From Candidatus Aminicenantes bacterium (GTDB lineage Bacteria > Acidobacteriota > Aminicenantia > Aminicenantales > Saccharicenantaceae), in contig JAXDAV010000026.1 of NCBI GenBank assembly GCA_034679465.1, forward strand, positions 239 to 64,238: 64,000 nucleotides of DNA, written 5' to 3'. The translations under genes and the position numbers were made by a program. Positions within the stretch are counted from its first letter, which is position 1, and every line of letters begins with the position of its first letter. The notes under the pieces were generated by a model. It was not told where the DNA came from, searched no databases, and saw only the letters and a list, made by a program, of their open reading frames with translations. Shown here piece by piece: positions 17,681-25,766 of the stretch.

Positions 17681-17825
17681 ATTGCCGCTCCTGGCCCTCG
17701 CGCAAAAAGCTTAATCCGGCTTTGCCGGCGCTCCTCATCGCCGGCCCGGCGCCCGACAGAGGAGGACGGGGTCCGCCCGGAGAGGGGTTTTACATCAATT
17801 GGCCGGAAAAGTATAGAAAAAAAGC

Positions 17826-17854
17826 TTGATTTTCATTCTGATATCTGATATATT
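17826..17854 (+). promoter_or_regulatory. Candidate sigma70 promoter for the glycyl-radical enzyme operon (TTGATT-17 nt-TATATT)
   Basis: Located in an AT-rich island 54 bp upstream of ATG 17908. The spacer contains the tandem heptamer CTGATAT CTGATAT (17838-17851), a possible operator. Confidence 0.4.
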
Positions 17855-17907
17855 ACTGAATCGCAGGGATATAAATTTTTTTCTTTCATCAACTTACTGG
17901 ACTTACG

Positions 17908-18846
17908 ATGGACGGAAACGGCGAGAGGAGCCCGAAGACCCTCTCGGGCTGGGTCTTCGACATCAAGCGCTACTCGATCCATGACGGTCCGGGCATCCGG
18001 ACGACCGTCTTCCTCAAGGGCTGCGCCCTGCGCTGTCTTTGGTGCCACAATCCCGAAAGCCTCGCTCCCGGGCCCGAGCTCATGCATTGGACGGGCCGCT
18101 GTGCTCGCTGCCACGCCTGCGTCCGGGCCTGCCCGCGCGGCGCGATCTCGGCGGACGCGGCCGGCGCGATCGCCATCGACCGCTCCAAGTGCGACCTCTG
18201 CGGCCGGTGCGCCGACGCCTGTCTCTATGACGCCATGCAGATCGTCGGCCGCAGGATGAGCGTCGACGAGGTCATGGCCGAGGTCGAGAAGGACCGCCTC
18301 TTCTACGAGCAGTCGGGCGGCGGCGTCACGCTCTCCGGCGGCGACCCGCTCGTCCAGGCCGGCTTTGCCGAGGCCATCCTCGACGCCTGCCGGGCCCGGG
18401 GCCTCTCCACCGCCCTGGACACGGCCGGCTGGTCGCCGAACGGCGCCCTCGAGCGCCTGGCGCGGAAGGCCGATGTGGTCCTCTTCGACCTCAAGTGCGT
18501 CGACGAGACGCGGCACAGGGAGCTCACCGGGGTCTCGAGCGCGCCCATTCTCGCGAACCTCGAGCGCCTGGCCGCGGCCGGCCCGGAGATCTGGGTGCGC
18601 GTCCCGCTCGTCGGCGGCGTCAACGACGACGACGGGAACATCCGGCGGACGATCGAGGTCCTCAGGCCGCTCGAGGCGGTCAAGCGGATCGGCCTTCTGC
18701 CCTATCACGCCGGAGGGGCGGACAAGGCCCGGAGGATCGGCGCGGGCCCGCCCGTCCGGGAATTCGAAGCGCCCGCCGAGGCGCGCATCGCCGCGATCGA
18801 GTCCGCGTTCCGGGACGCGGGCTTCGAGGTCCGGCGGGGAGGCTAG
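17908..18846 (+). CDS. Glycyl-radical enzyme activating protein (radical SAM, PFL2-type with two auxiliary 4Fe-4S motifs)
   Basis: YSIHDGPGIRTTVFLKGCALRCLWCHNPE (CxxxCxxC) plus CARCHACVRACP and CDLCGRCADACLYDA ferredoxin-like motifs. Lies immediately upstream of the GRE. Confidence 0.9.
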   Translation: MDGNGERSPKTLSGWVFDIKRYSIHDGPGIRTTVFLKGCALRCLWCHNPESLAPGPELMHWTGRCARCHACVRACPRGAISADAAGAIAIDRSKCDLCGRCADACLYDAMQIVGRRMSVDEVMAEVEKDRLFYEQSGGGVTLSGGDPLVQAGFAEAILDACRARGLSTALDTAGWSPNGALERLARKADVVLFDLKCVDETRHRELTGVSSAPILANLERLAAAGPEIWVRVPLVGGVNDDDGNIRRTIEVLRPLEAVKRIGLLPYHAGGADKARRIGAGPPVREFEAPAEARIAAIESAFRDAGFEVRRGG

Positions 18847-18848
18847 AG

Positions 18849-21212
18849 ATGAACGAACGCATCGTCCGGCTCAGGAACCAGACGCTCGAAGCCAAGCCGA
18901 CGATCAGCGCCGAGCGGGCCGTGCTCGTCACCGAGTTCTACAAGAGGCCCGAGACCCGCGGCCTGTCGGTGCCGATGCGGCGCGCCCTGGCCTTCCGGCA
19001 CATCCTGGAGAACAAGGCCATCGTCTTCAACGACGGCGAGCTCATCGTCGGCGAACGGGGGCCCGCGCCCAAGGCCACGCCGACCTATCCGGAGGTCTGC
19101 ATCCACTCCCTGCAGGACCTCCGCTACCTCCACGACCGGAAGAAGACGGCCTTCGCCTCGGACGAGGAGACCCGGCGCGTCTACGCCGAGGAGATCATCC
19201 CGTTCTGGCAGGGCCGCTCGCAGCGCGACCGCCTCTTCGCCGCGATGACGAAGGACTGGATCGACGCCTACGAAGCCGGGGTCTTCACCGAGTTCATGGA
19301 ACAGCGCGCCCCGGGCCACACCGTCCTCGACGGCAAGATCTACCGGAAGGGCATGCTCGACTTCAAGAAGGACATCGAGCGGGCCCTGGCGGCGCTCGAT
19401 GTCCTGACCGACCCGGCCGCCTATGACAAGCAGGAGGAGCTCAAGGGCATGGCCGTGTGCGCCGACGCGCTCATCGCCTTCGGCCGCCGCCACGCGGACA
19501 AGGCCCGCGAGCTCGCGGCCGGGGAGAAGGACCCCGTCCGGAAGGGGGAGCTCGAGCGGATCGCCGAGGTCTGCGATCGGGTCCCGGCCGAGGCCCCCCG
19601 CGACTTTTGGGAAGCGCTCCAGATGTACTGGTTCGTCCATCTCGGCGTCATCATCGAGTACAACACCTGGGACTCGTTCAATCCGGGACGCCTCGACCAG
19701 CACCTCCGGCCCTTCTATGAGCGGGGCCTGGCCGACGGCACCCTGACCAAGGATTCGGCCCGGGAGCTGCTGCAGGCCTTCTGGGTCAAGTTCAACAACC
19801 AGCCCGCCCCGCCCAAGGTCGGAGTGACCGCCGAAGAGAGCGGGACCTACACCGACTTCGCCCTGATCAACGTCGGCGGCCTGAAGGAGGACGGGACGGA
19901 CGGCGTCAACGAGCTCAGCTACCTCATCCTCGACGTCATCCAGGAGATGCGCCTCCTCCAGCCGAGCTCGATGGTCCAGATCAGCGCCAAGGGGCCGGAC
20001 GCCTTCCTCCTCCGGGCCCTCGAGATCGTCCGGACGGGCTTCGGCCAGCCTTCGATCTTCAACACCGACGCCATCGTCCAGGAGCTCGTCCGGCAGGGCA
20101 AGTCCGTCGTCGACGCCCGCAACGGCGGCTGCAGCGGCTGCGTCGAAGCCGGGGCCTTCGGCAAGGAGGCCTACATCCTGACGGGCTATTTCAACCTGCC
20201 CAAGGTCTTCGAGATCACCCTGGGAAACGGCGTCGACCCGCGGACCGGGAAGAGGATCGGGCTCGAGACCGGCGACTCCGAGGGGTTCAAGACCTTCGAC
20301 GAGCTGTTCGAGGCCTTCCGGAAGCAGGTCCGCCACTTCGTCGACATCAAGGTCCGCGGCAGCAACGTCATCGAGAGGCTCTACGCGACCTACCTGCCGG
20401 CGCCGTTCCTGTCGGTCCTCGTCGACGACTGCGTCGCGAACGGCAAGGACTACCACGCCGGCGGCGCCCGCTACAACTCGAACTACATCCAGGGCGTCGG
20501 CATGGGCACGATCACGGACGTCCTGAGCGCCGTCCGCTATAACGTCTACGACCACGGCCACTTCACGATGGCCGGGCTCCGCGAGGCGCTGGCCGCGAAC
20601 TTCGCCGGCCACGAGGGCCTGCGTCAGCGCGTCCTCAACCGGACCCCGAAGTTCGGGAACGACGACGATTACGCCGACAGCCTGATGACCCGGGTCTTCG
20701 AGGCCTATTTCGAGGCCGTGGACGGCCGGCCCACGCCGCGCGGCGGCACGTACCGGATCAACCTCCTGCCGACCACCGCCCACATCTATTTCGGCAAGAT
20801 GACGGGGGCCACGGCCGACGGGCGGCTGGCCGGCGACGCGGTCTCCGAAGGCGTTTCACCCGTCCAGGGCGCCGACCGCAAGGGCCCGACGGCGGTCATC
20901 AAATCGCTCGGCAAGATGGACCACATCCGGACGGGCGGCACGCTCCTCAACCAGAAGTTCACGCCCCAGCTCCTCGCGGACGAGACGGGGAGGAGGGGGC
21001 TCAAGGACCTCGTCCGCTCCTATTTCAAGCTCATGGGCCATCACATCCAGTTCAACGTCGTGACCGCCGACCTCCTGCGCACGGCCCAAGCCCAGCCGGA
21101 GAAGTACCGCGACCTGATCGTCCGGGTGGCCGGCTACAGCGACTACTTCGTCGACTGCGGCACCGAGCTCCAGAACGAGATCATCCGCCGCACCGAGCAC
21201 CAAGAGATTTAG
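18849..21212 (+). CDS. Glycyl radical enzyme, PFL2/glycerol-dehydratase/HypD-type (substrate unknown)
   Basis: In-frame part of ORF 18495..21212. ATG 18849 (MNERIVRLRNQ...) lies 2 nt after the activase stop. Thiyl loop GGCSGCVEAG (Cys-x-Glu). C-terminal glycyl radical motif LIVRVAGYSDYF. 787 aa. Confidence 0.9.
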   Translation: MNERIVRLRNQTLEAKPTISAERAVLVTEFYKRPETRGLSVPMRRALAFRHILENKAIVFNDGELIVGERGPAPKATPTYPEVCIHSLQDLRYLHDRKKTAFASDEETRRVYAEEIIPFWQGRSQRDRLFAAMTKDWIDAYEAGVFTEFMEQRAPGHTVLDGKIYRKGMLDFKKDIERALAALDVLTDPAAYDKQEELKGMAVCADALIAFGRRHADKARELAAGEKDPVRKGELERIAEVCDRVPAEAPRDFWEALQMYWFVHLGVIIEYNTWDSFNPGRLDQHLRPFYERGLADGTLTKDSARELLQAFWVKFNNQPAPPKVGVTAEESGTYTDFALINVGGLKEDGTDGVNELSYLILDVIQEMRLLQPSSMVQISAKGPDAFLLRALEIVRTGFGQPSIFNTDAIVQELVRQGKSVVDARNGGCSGCVEAGAFGKEAYILTGYFNLPKVFEITLGNGVDPRTGKRIGLETGDSEGFKTFDELFEAFRKQVRHFVDIKVRGSNVIERLYATYLPAPFLSVLVDDCVANGKDYHAGGARYNSNYIQGVGMGTITDVLSAVRYNVYDHGHFTMAGLREALAANFAGHEGLRQRVLNRTPKFGNDDDYADSLMTRVFEAYFEAVDGRPTPRGGTYRINLLPTTAHIYFGKMTGATADGRLAGDAVSEGVSPVQGADRKGPTAVIKSLGKMDHIRTGGTLLNQKFTPQLLADETGRRGLKDLVRSYFKLMGHHIQFNVVTADLLRTAQAQPEKYRDLIVRVAGYSDYFVDCGTELQNEIIRRTEHQEI

Positions 21213-21637
21213 CTCCTCAGCTTCGCGTCCAGCGTGATCTCCGTCGCGGCCAGGGCCTGCGAGACCGGGCAGCCCTCCTTGGCCGCCCGGGCCGCCTCGA
21301 GAAAATCCGACTCCGCGAGGCCCGGGACCTCGGCCACCGTGTGCAGGGCGATGCTCGTGATCTTGAAGCCCTGGCCGGCGGGCTCGATCCGGACGTCGGC
21401 CGTGGTCTCGATCCTCTTCGGGGGCGTCTTCCGACCGCCCAGCGCCAACGCCAGGGCCATCGAGAAACAGCCGGCGTGGGCGGCGCCGATGAGCTCCTCG
21501 GGATTGGTCCCCGGGCCGCTCTCGAAGCGGGAGGAGGCCGAATAAGGGCCTTCAAAGAGGCCGCTCTCCACCTTGACCGTCCCCCGGCCCTCGCGGAAAG
21601 AGCCCTCCCAGACCGCGGATCCTTTGCGAATTGGCAT
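21209..21637 (-). CDS. osmC: OsmC peroxiredoxin
   Basis: Close match by eye to the OsmC pattern (WEGSFREGRGTV...GTNPEELIGAAHAGCFSMALALALG). 142 aa. Its stop overlaps the GRE stop (TTAG). Confidence 0.85.
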   Translation of the reverse strand: MPIRKGSAVWEGSFREGRGTVKVESGLFEGPYSASSRFESGPGTNPEELIGAAHAGCFSMALALALGGRKTPPKRIETTADVRIEPAGQGFKITSIALHTVAEVPGLAESDFLEAARAAKEGCPVSQALAATEITLDAKLRS

Positions 21638-21826
21638 AATCCTTCACCTCTGATACCCCTCCCGCAATTTCCGTGCCAGACGACCGGGCGGCGGGACGCC
21701 CCGGGCGGAACCGAATAGCATCACTCCGAGGGCCCGGCGGTCCACCCTCCCGGGAAATCCGTCCCGCGAGACAAGACCGGACATCCCGAAGGGAGATCAG
21801 GAGGTCCTCTCTTCCGGGCCGGCGGC

Positions 21827-21841
21827 TGGCACGAATCTTGC
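21827..21841 (+). promoter_or_regulatory. Candidate sigma54 (-24/-12) promoter TGGCAC-N5-TTGC
   Basis: Exact TGGCACgaatcTTGC at 21827-21841, about 70 bp upstream of the DUF1579 gene start, inside a 270-bp intergenic region. Confidence 0.5.
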
Positions 21842-21912
21842 CTTTATAGAGGCGCCATGAAAAAAAGATCCCCGGCTCTCGACCTCGCCGGAGACGATCC
21901 GAGGAGGGTGTG

Positions 21913-22533
21913 ATGAAGATCAAGAAATTTGTCCTGTGGGCGGTCCTGATCACCGGCGTCAACATCCTGCTGATCCAGGCGCTTCCGAACATGTTCGTCC
22001 AGCAGGAGATGAGCGCCGACCAGAAGAAGATGATGGAGCAGATGATGAAGTACGGCTCCCCCGGTCCCGAGCACGAGCTCCTCAAGAAGTACGTGGGCGA
22101 GTGGGACGTCGACATCTCGTCCTGGCAGGACCCCGCGGCCAAGCCCGAAAAGAGCCGAGGCACCATGAAGAACACGCTCATCTTCGAAGGCCGGTACCTG
22201 AAGTCCGGCTTCGAGGGGTCGATGGGCTCGATGAAGTTCCAGGGGCTCGAGATCATCGGCTATGACCTGCTCAAGAAGATGTATACGACGTTCTGGGTCG
22301 ACAACCTGAGCACGTCGTTCATGGTCACGACCGGAACGCTCGACGCGGCCGGCAACGTCCTGACCGAGACCGGCACGTTCCCCGATCCCATGACGGACGG
22401 GAAGACCATGCAGAGGGTCCGGAACGTGACGACCTTCCTGGCGGACGGGAAGTACAAGTTCGAGATGTACATGGTCATGCCCGACGGCAAGGAAATGAAG
22501 GGCATGGAGTTGGTCTGCACGCGCAAGATGTGA
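21913..22533 (+). CDS. DUF1579-family exported protein
   Basis: ORF 21910 (GTG). GAGGAGG at 21901-21907 favours ATG 21913. N-terminal signal/anchor (KKFVLWAVLITGVNILLIQ). DUF1579-like body (GEWDVDISSW...FEGRYLKSGFEG...YKFEMYMVMPDGKEMKGMEL). Confidence 0.65.
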   Translation: MKIKKFVLWAVLITGVNILLIQALPNMFVQQEMSADQKKMMEQMMKYGSPGPEHELLKKYVGEWDVDISSWQDPAAKPEKSRGTMKNTLIFEGRYLKSGFEGSMGSMKFQGLEIIGYDLLKKMYTTFWVDNLSTSFMVTTGTLDAAGNVLTETGTFPDPMTDGKTMQRVRNVTTFLADGKYKFEMYMVMPDGKEMKGMELVCTRKM

Positions 22534-22553
22534 GGGGTGTTTTGGGGATCGGC

Positions 22554-22601
22554 GGCCGACCCGGGGACTCGTCCCGGGCCCCGGGTCCGGCCGTTTGTTT
22601 T
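22554..22601 (+). terminator. Rho-independent terminator after DUF1579 gene
   Basis: GC-rich imperfect hairpin: GGCCGACCCGGG (22554-22565) pairs with CCCGGGTCCGGCC (22580-22592). It is followed by TTTGTTTT (22594-22601). Confidence 0.55.
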
Positions 22602-22712
22602 CCTCCCTCGCCGCGCAGGGGGGGTACCGCTCTCCGGACCCGGGACGTCCCTCTACTCCCTCGGGGGGATCTGTGGTAAGATGACCCTTCGATCGGACCC
22701 CCGGAGGACACC

Positions 22713-23084
22713 ATGACCGACAAGAAGAAAGTGCTCATCATCGACGACGACCCGGCCATCTGCGAGTCCGTCAAGGCCATCCTCGACGGCAGCGGCTTCG
22801 ACGCCTCCTGCGCCCTCAGCGGCAAGGAAGGTCTCGAGGCCTTCCGCCAGACGGACCCGGACATCGTTCTCTGCGACATGATGATGGAGGACGTCGATGC
22901 CGGCGGGCAGGTGACCAAGATCATGAAGACGGAGCGGCCGGCGACCCCCGTCTTCCTCCTGAGCACGATCGGCGACACCACCGCCGCGACCGTCGGCCTC
23001 GGCGAGTACGGCTTCAGCGGCGTCTTCCAGAAGCCCGTCAACTTCGACCTCCTCCTGGCCGTCCTCGGGCGCTACGCCAAGTAG
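22713..23084 (+). CDS. Single-domain response regulator (CheY-like receiver)
   Basis: KKVLIIDDDPAI...DIVLCDMMMEDVDAG...PVFLLS...KP receiver motifs. No output domain. Paralog of 33726..34130. Confidence 0.85.
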   Translation: MTDKKKVLIIDDDPAICESVKAILDGSGFDASCALSGKEGLEAFRQTDPDIVLCDMMMEDVDAGGQVTKIMKTERPATPVFLLSTIGDTTAATVGLGEYGFSGVFQKPVNFDLLLAVLGRYAK

Positions 23085-23127
23085 CCCACGCCCTTCCGCC
23101 GCCGGACCGCGTCCTCGAGGCCCGTCC

Positions 23128-23631
23128 ATGAGCCCGTCCCTGGCCGAGATCTTCCGCCGCGAGAAGGACGCCGAGTCCTTCCGCCTCGCGGTCACGGCCC
23201 TCGGCGGCGATTTCCCGTTCTCGAGCGCCGACATGATCGAGCTCGGCGCGGCCTACTTCGAGCGCTTCCCGGACCGGGCCCGGGAGCGGAACGCCGAGGA
23301 GGTCCTGCGGGGCTACGCGACCGCCCGGGTCGCCATCATCGAGAAGGCCCTGCTCGCCGTCGACGCGTTCCGGCGGGAGGCCTACCGGGCCATGCTCAGT
23401 GACGTGGCCCGGGTCGGTCCGTCGATCGAGGCGCTCCTGGCCGCCTCCGGGCCGGACGCCCTCCTGGCCGAGCACGACGCGCTCCTGGCCGCCCTGACCG
23501 CCCTGAAGACGACCATCGACGAGATCCCCAAAAGCATGATCAAGGAGCGATTCGTCGGCGGCATCGCCAATCTATTCAATATCTTGTACGTCATCAAAAT
23601 GAGGCTCCGAAGGGCTTTACAAGAACCTTGA
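23128..23631 (+). CDS. Hypothetical helical protein
   Basis: 167-aa ORF with normal codon and amino-acid usage, 43 bp after the receiver gene. No motif recognised. Confidence 0.5.
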   Translation: MSPSLAEIFRREKDAESFRLAVTALGGDFPFSSADMIELGAAYFERFPDRARERNAEEVLRGYATARVAIIEKALLAVDAFRREAYRAMLSDVARVGPSIEALLAASGPDALLAEHDALLAALTALKTTIDEIPKSMIKERFVGGIANLFNILYVIKMRLRRALQEP

Positions 23632-23656
23632 CATCTGGTATCCTATCCTCTAGATA
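23628..23656 (+). promoter_or_regulatory. Candidate sigma70 promoter of the hydrogenase operon (TTGACA-17 nt-TAGATA)
   Basis: TTGACA at 23628-23633, 17-nt spacer, TAGATA at 23651-23656. Overlaps the last codons of the upstream ORF. Leaves a leader of about 140 nt before ATG 23803. Confidence 0.45.
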
Positions 23657-23802
23657 AATCCCTGCGCGGCTGACGGGATAGAACCGCCTGTCAACTCCAC
23701 CCCTTTCCCCGAAAGGGTGTCGAGCCTCGTCCGCCGCGCAACGGTCCGGTGGCGGCCCGCCGGCTGGGGAGATCCGGGCCAACGCGTCGAGGAGCATGAG
23801 GC
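23657..23802 (+). ncRNA. Structured 5' leader, possible Moco/Tuco-type riboswitch
   Basis: GC-rich leader upstream of a molybdopterin enzyme. Blocks CCGCCUGUCAACUCC, CCCCGAAAGGGUG (GNRA hairpin) and GCCUCG resemble, from memory, the E. coli moaA Moco RNA (CCUGGGUCAACUG ... GCCUCC ... GGAAAGGUG). CCGCC (23685) and GGCGG (23751) could pair over long range. Not verifiable without a covariance model. Confidence 0.3.
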
Positions 23803-25764
23803 ATGAGCACTCACACGGGCGTCTGCAACTTCTGCGGGACCGGATGCGGCCAGCGGCTCGAGGTCGGGGACGGCGCCGTCCGGGGCGTCTTCGCCCACCC
23901 CGGCCACCCCGTCAGCCGCGGCCGGCTGTGCGTCCGGGGCTGGCACATCCACGAGCTCCTGGCGACCGAAGAGAGGATCACGAGCCCCCTCGTCCGCCGC
24001 GACGGCCGGCTCGAACCGGTCTCCTACGATGACGCCGTGGCCCACGCCGCCGAACGCCTGTCCCGCTGGAGCGGCGACGAGATCGCCTTCCTGGCCTCGC
24101 CGCGGGCCTCGAACGAGGACGGCTACCTCATGGCCAAGCTGGCCCGGACGGTCTTCAAGTCCCCCCACATCGCCCTGTCCTCGGACCAGGGCCACGGCGA
24201 CGCGGCCGACGTCCTGCTCGAGGGCGCCGGGGCGCCGGCCATGCTCGGCGCGCTGACCGAGGTCCGCAAGGCCCGGCTCCTCCTGGTCGTCGGGGGGGAC
24301 ATCGCCCGGCTCAATCCCATCGTCGGGAGCGAGATCCATCGCGCCGCCCGCGGCGGCGCCGACCTGATCACGTTGAGCAGCCGGTCCACCCAGATGTCCA
24401 AGCTCAGCGGCACGCACCTCTGGACGAGGCCGGGGGGCCTGCGTCACGCCCTCGCGGCCGCGGCCAAGGTCCTGGTCGGGCGGGGCTGGCAGGACGCCGC
24501 CTTCCTCAGGGACCGGGCCGAGGGCTTTGAGGAATTCGCCCGCTCCCTCGAGGGCCTGGACCCCGCCGCGCTCACGGCCGCGGCCGGCCTGACGCCCGCC
24601 GAGATCGAGGACCTGGCCCGGCGCCTCGCCCAGGCCCCGAGCGCCATGGCGTTCTTCACCTCGGGGATCGCCGGCCTCGACCGGGCCTCGACCGCCCTTC
24701 TCTTCGACCTCTTCCTGGCCGCCGGCAAGATCGGCCGCGAAGGCTGCGGCGTCAATCCCGTCACCGGGATCTGCAATATCGTCGGCGGCTATGACGTCGG
24801 CGCCTCCCCCCGCTTCCTCGCCGGCCACCGGCGGGCCGAGGGCGCGGCCGCCGGGCGTACCCCGCGGGAGCTCCTCGCCGCCGAGCCGTCGCCCCTCAAG
24901 GCCCTGGTCGTGGCCGACCGCGACGAGGAGATCGTCCGGCACGCGGCCGGGCTCAAGGGACTCGAATGCGTGGTCTATGTCGGGGCCTATGCCAACCCGT
25001 TCACGGACTTCGCTCACATCGTCCTGCCGTCGGCCACCCACGCCGAGGCCGACGGGACCTATACCAACGCCGAGCGGAGGATCCAGCTCAACCGCAAGAG
25101 AATCGAGCCTCCTCCGGGGGTCCGTCCGGCCTGGCGCGTCTACGCCGACATCGCCGCCCGGCGCGGCGCTTCGTGGGCCCTCCCGTCGGCCGAGGCGGTC
25201 ATGGCCGAGATCGCCGCCGCCGTGCCCGCCTACGCCGCGGTCACCTACGCCAAGCTCGAACAGGGCTTCGGCCTGCAGTGGCCCTGTGACGCGGCCCGCC
25301 CGTCCGGCACGGTCCGCCTGCCCGCCGCCGGCGACGCGGGGCGGCGCCTCCGGTTCGTCCCCGCCGGCGCGGACCTCGCCGCGCCCGCCCCCTCGGCGTC
25401 CTATCCCTTCCTGCTCATGGCCGGCAAGGCCAACTACTTCTGGCACCGCAACGCCATCATGAAGAAGACCCAGATCCCCAAGCGGGAATACAACGCCCTG
25501 CTCCTCCTCTATCCGCGGGGCTTCGTCGAGATCGCGGCCCCCGACGCGAAAGAGCTCGGCGTCCGGGACCGTGCGCCGGTCAAGGTCGTCGCGGCCGGCG
25601 GCTCGATGCGGGTCGCCGTCCGGATCTCCGGGGACGTCAGGCCGGGAACGGTCTACGCGCCCTACTTCATCGAGGATATGGTGCCCGGCTTCCTGAACGC
25701 CGGCGGCGCCGCGATCGACGAGGACCAGGATTCCGCGATCCCCGTGCGGATCGAAAAGGTGTGA
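23803..25764 (+). CDS. Molybdopterin (MopB-family) oxidoreductase subunit, FdhF/FdhH-like but non-canonical
   Basis: N-terminal 4Fe-4S motif VCNFCGTGCG...LCVRGW. Collinear by eye with E. coli FdhF. Gly130 (GGC 24190-24192) sits where Sec140 is expected and Thr321 where Arg333 is expected. No in-frame TGA. Confidence 0.8.
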   Translation: MSTHTGVCNFCGTGCGQRLEVGDGAVRGVFAHPGHPVSRGRLCVRGWHIHELLATEERITSPLVRRDGRLEPVSYDDAVAHAAERLSRWSGDEIAFLASPRASNEDGYLMAKLARTVFKSPHIALSSDQGHGDAADVLLEGAGAPAMLGALTEVRKARLLLVVGGDIARLNPIVGSEIHRAARGGADLITLSSRSTQMSKLSGTHLWTRPGGLRHALAAAAKVLVGRGWQDAAFLRDRAEGFEEFARSLEGLDPAALTAAAGLTPAEIEDLARRLAQAPSAMAFFTSGIAGLDRASTALLFDLFLAAGKIGREGCGVNPVTGICNIVGGYDVGASPRFLAGHRRAEGAAAGRTPRELLAAEPSPLKALVVADRDEEIVRHAAGLKGLECVVYVGAYANPFTDFAHIVLPSATHAEADGTYTNAERRIQLNRKRIEPPPGVRPAWRVYADIAARRGASWALPSAEAVMAEIAAAVPAYAAVTYAKLEQGFGLQWPCDAARPSGTVRLPAAGDAGRRLRFVPAGADLAAPAPSASYPFLLMAGKANYFWHRNAIMKKTQIPKREYNALLLLYPRGFVEIAAPDAKELGVRDRAPVKVVAAGGSMRVAVRISGDVRPGTVYAPYFIEDMVPGFLNAGGAAIDEDQDSAIPVRIEKV

Positions 25765-25766
25765 CC

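Noticed and set aside
17826-17845. FNR/CRP-type box (TTGAT-N4-ATCAA) upstream of the glycyl-radical enzyme operon.
   Set aside because: TTGATTTTCATTCT has only the left half-site. The right half (ATTCT) does not match ATCAA, and no better site was found nearby.
21209-21212. Convergent GRE and osmC genes whose stop codons overlap (TTAG), considered as a sign of frameshift or misassembly.
   Set aside because: Both proteins are full length with intact C-terminal family features. The GRE ends about 30 aa after RVAGYSDYF, and OsmC is 142 aa with both Cys motifs. The overlap is a compact-genome curiosity only.
24190-24192. Possible selenocysteine (TGA recoding) in the FdhF-like gene.
   Set aside because: The ORF is uninterrupted and the codon aligned with Sec140 of E. 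coli FdhF is GGC (Gly). No in-frame TGA or SECIS-like hairpin was seen at that position.
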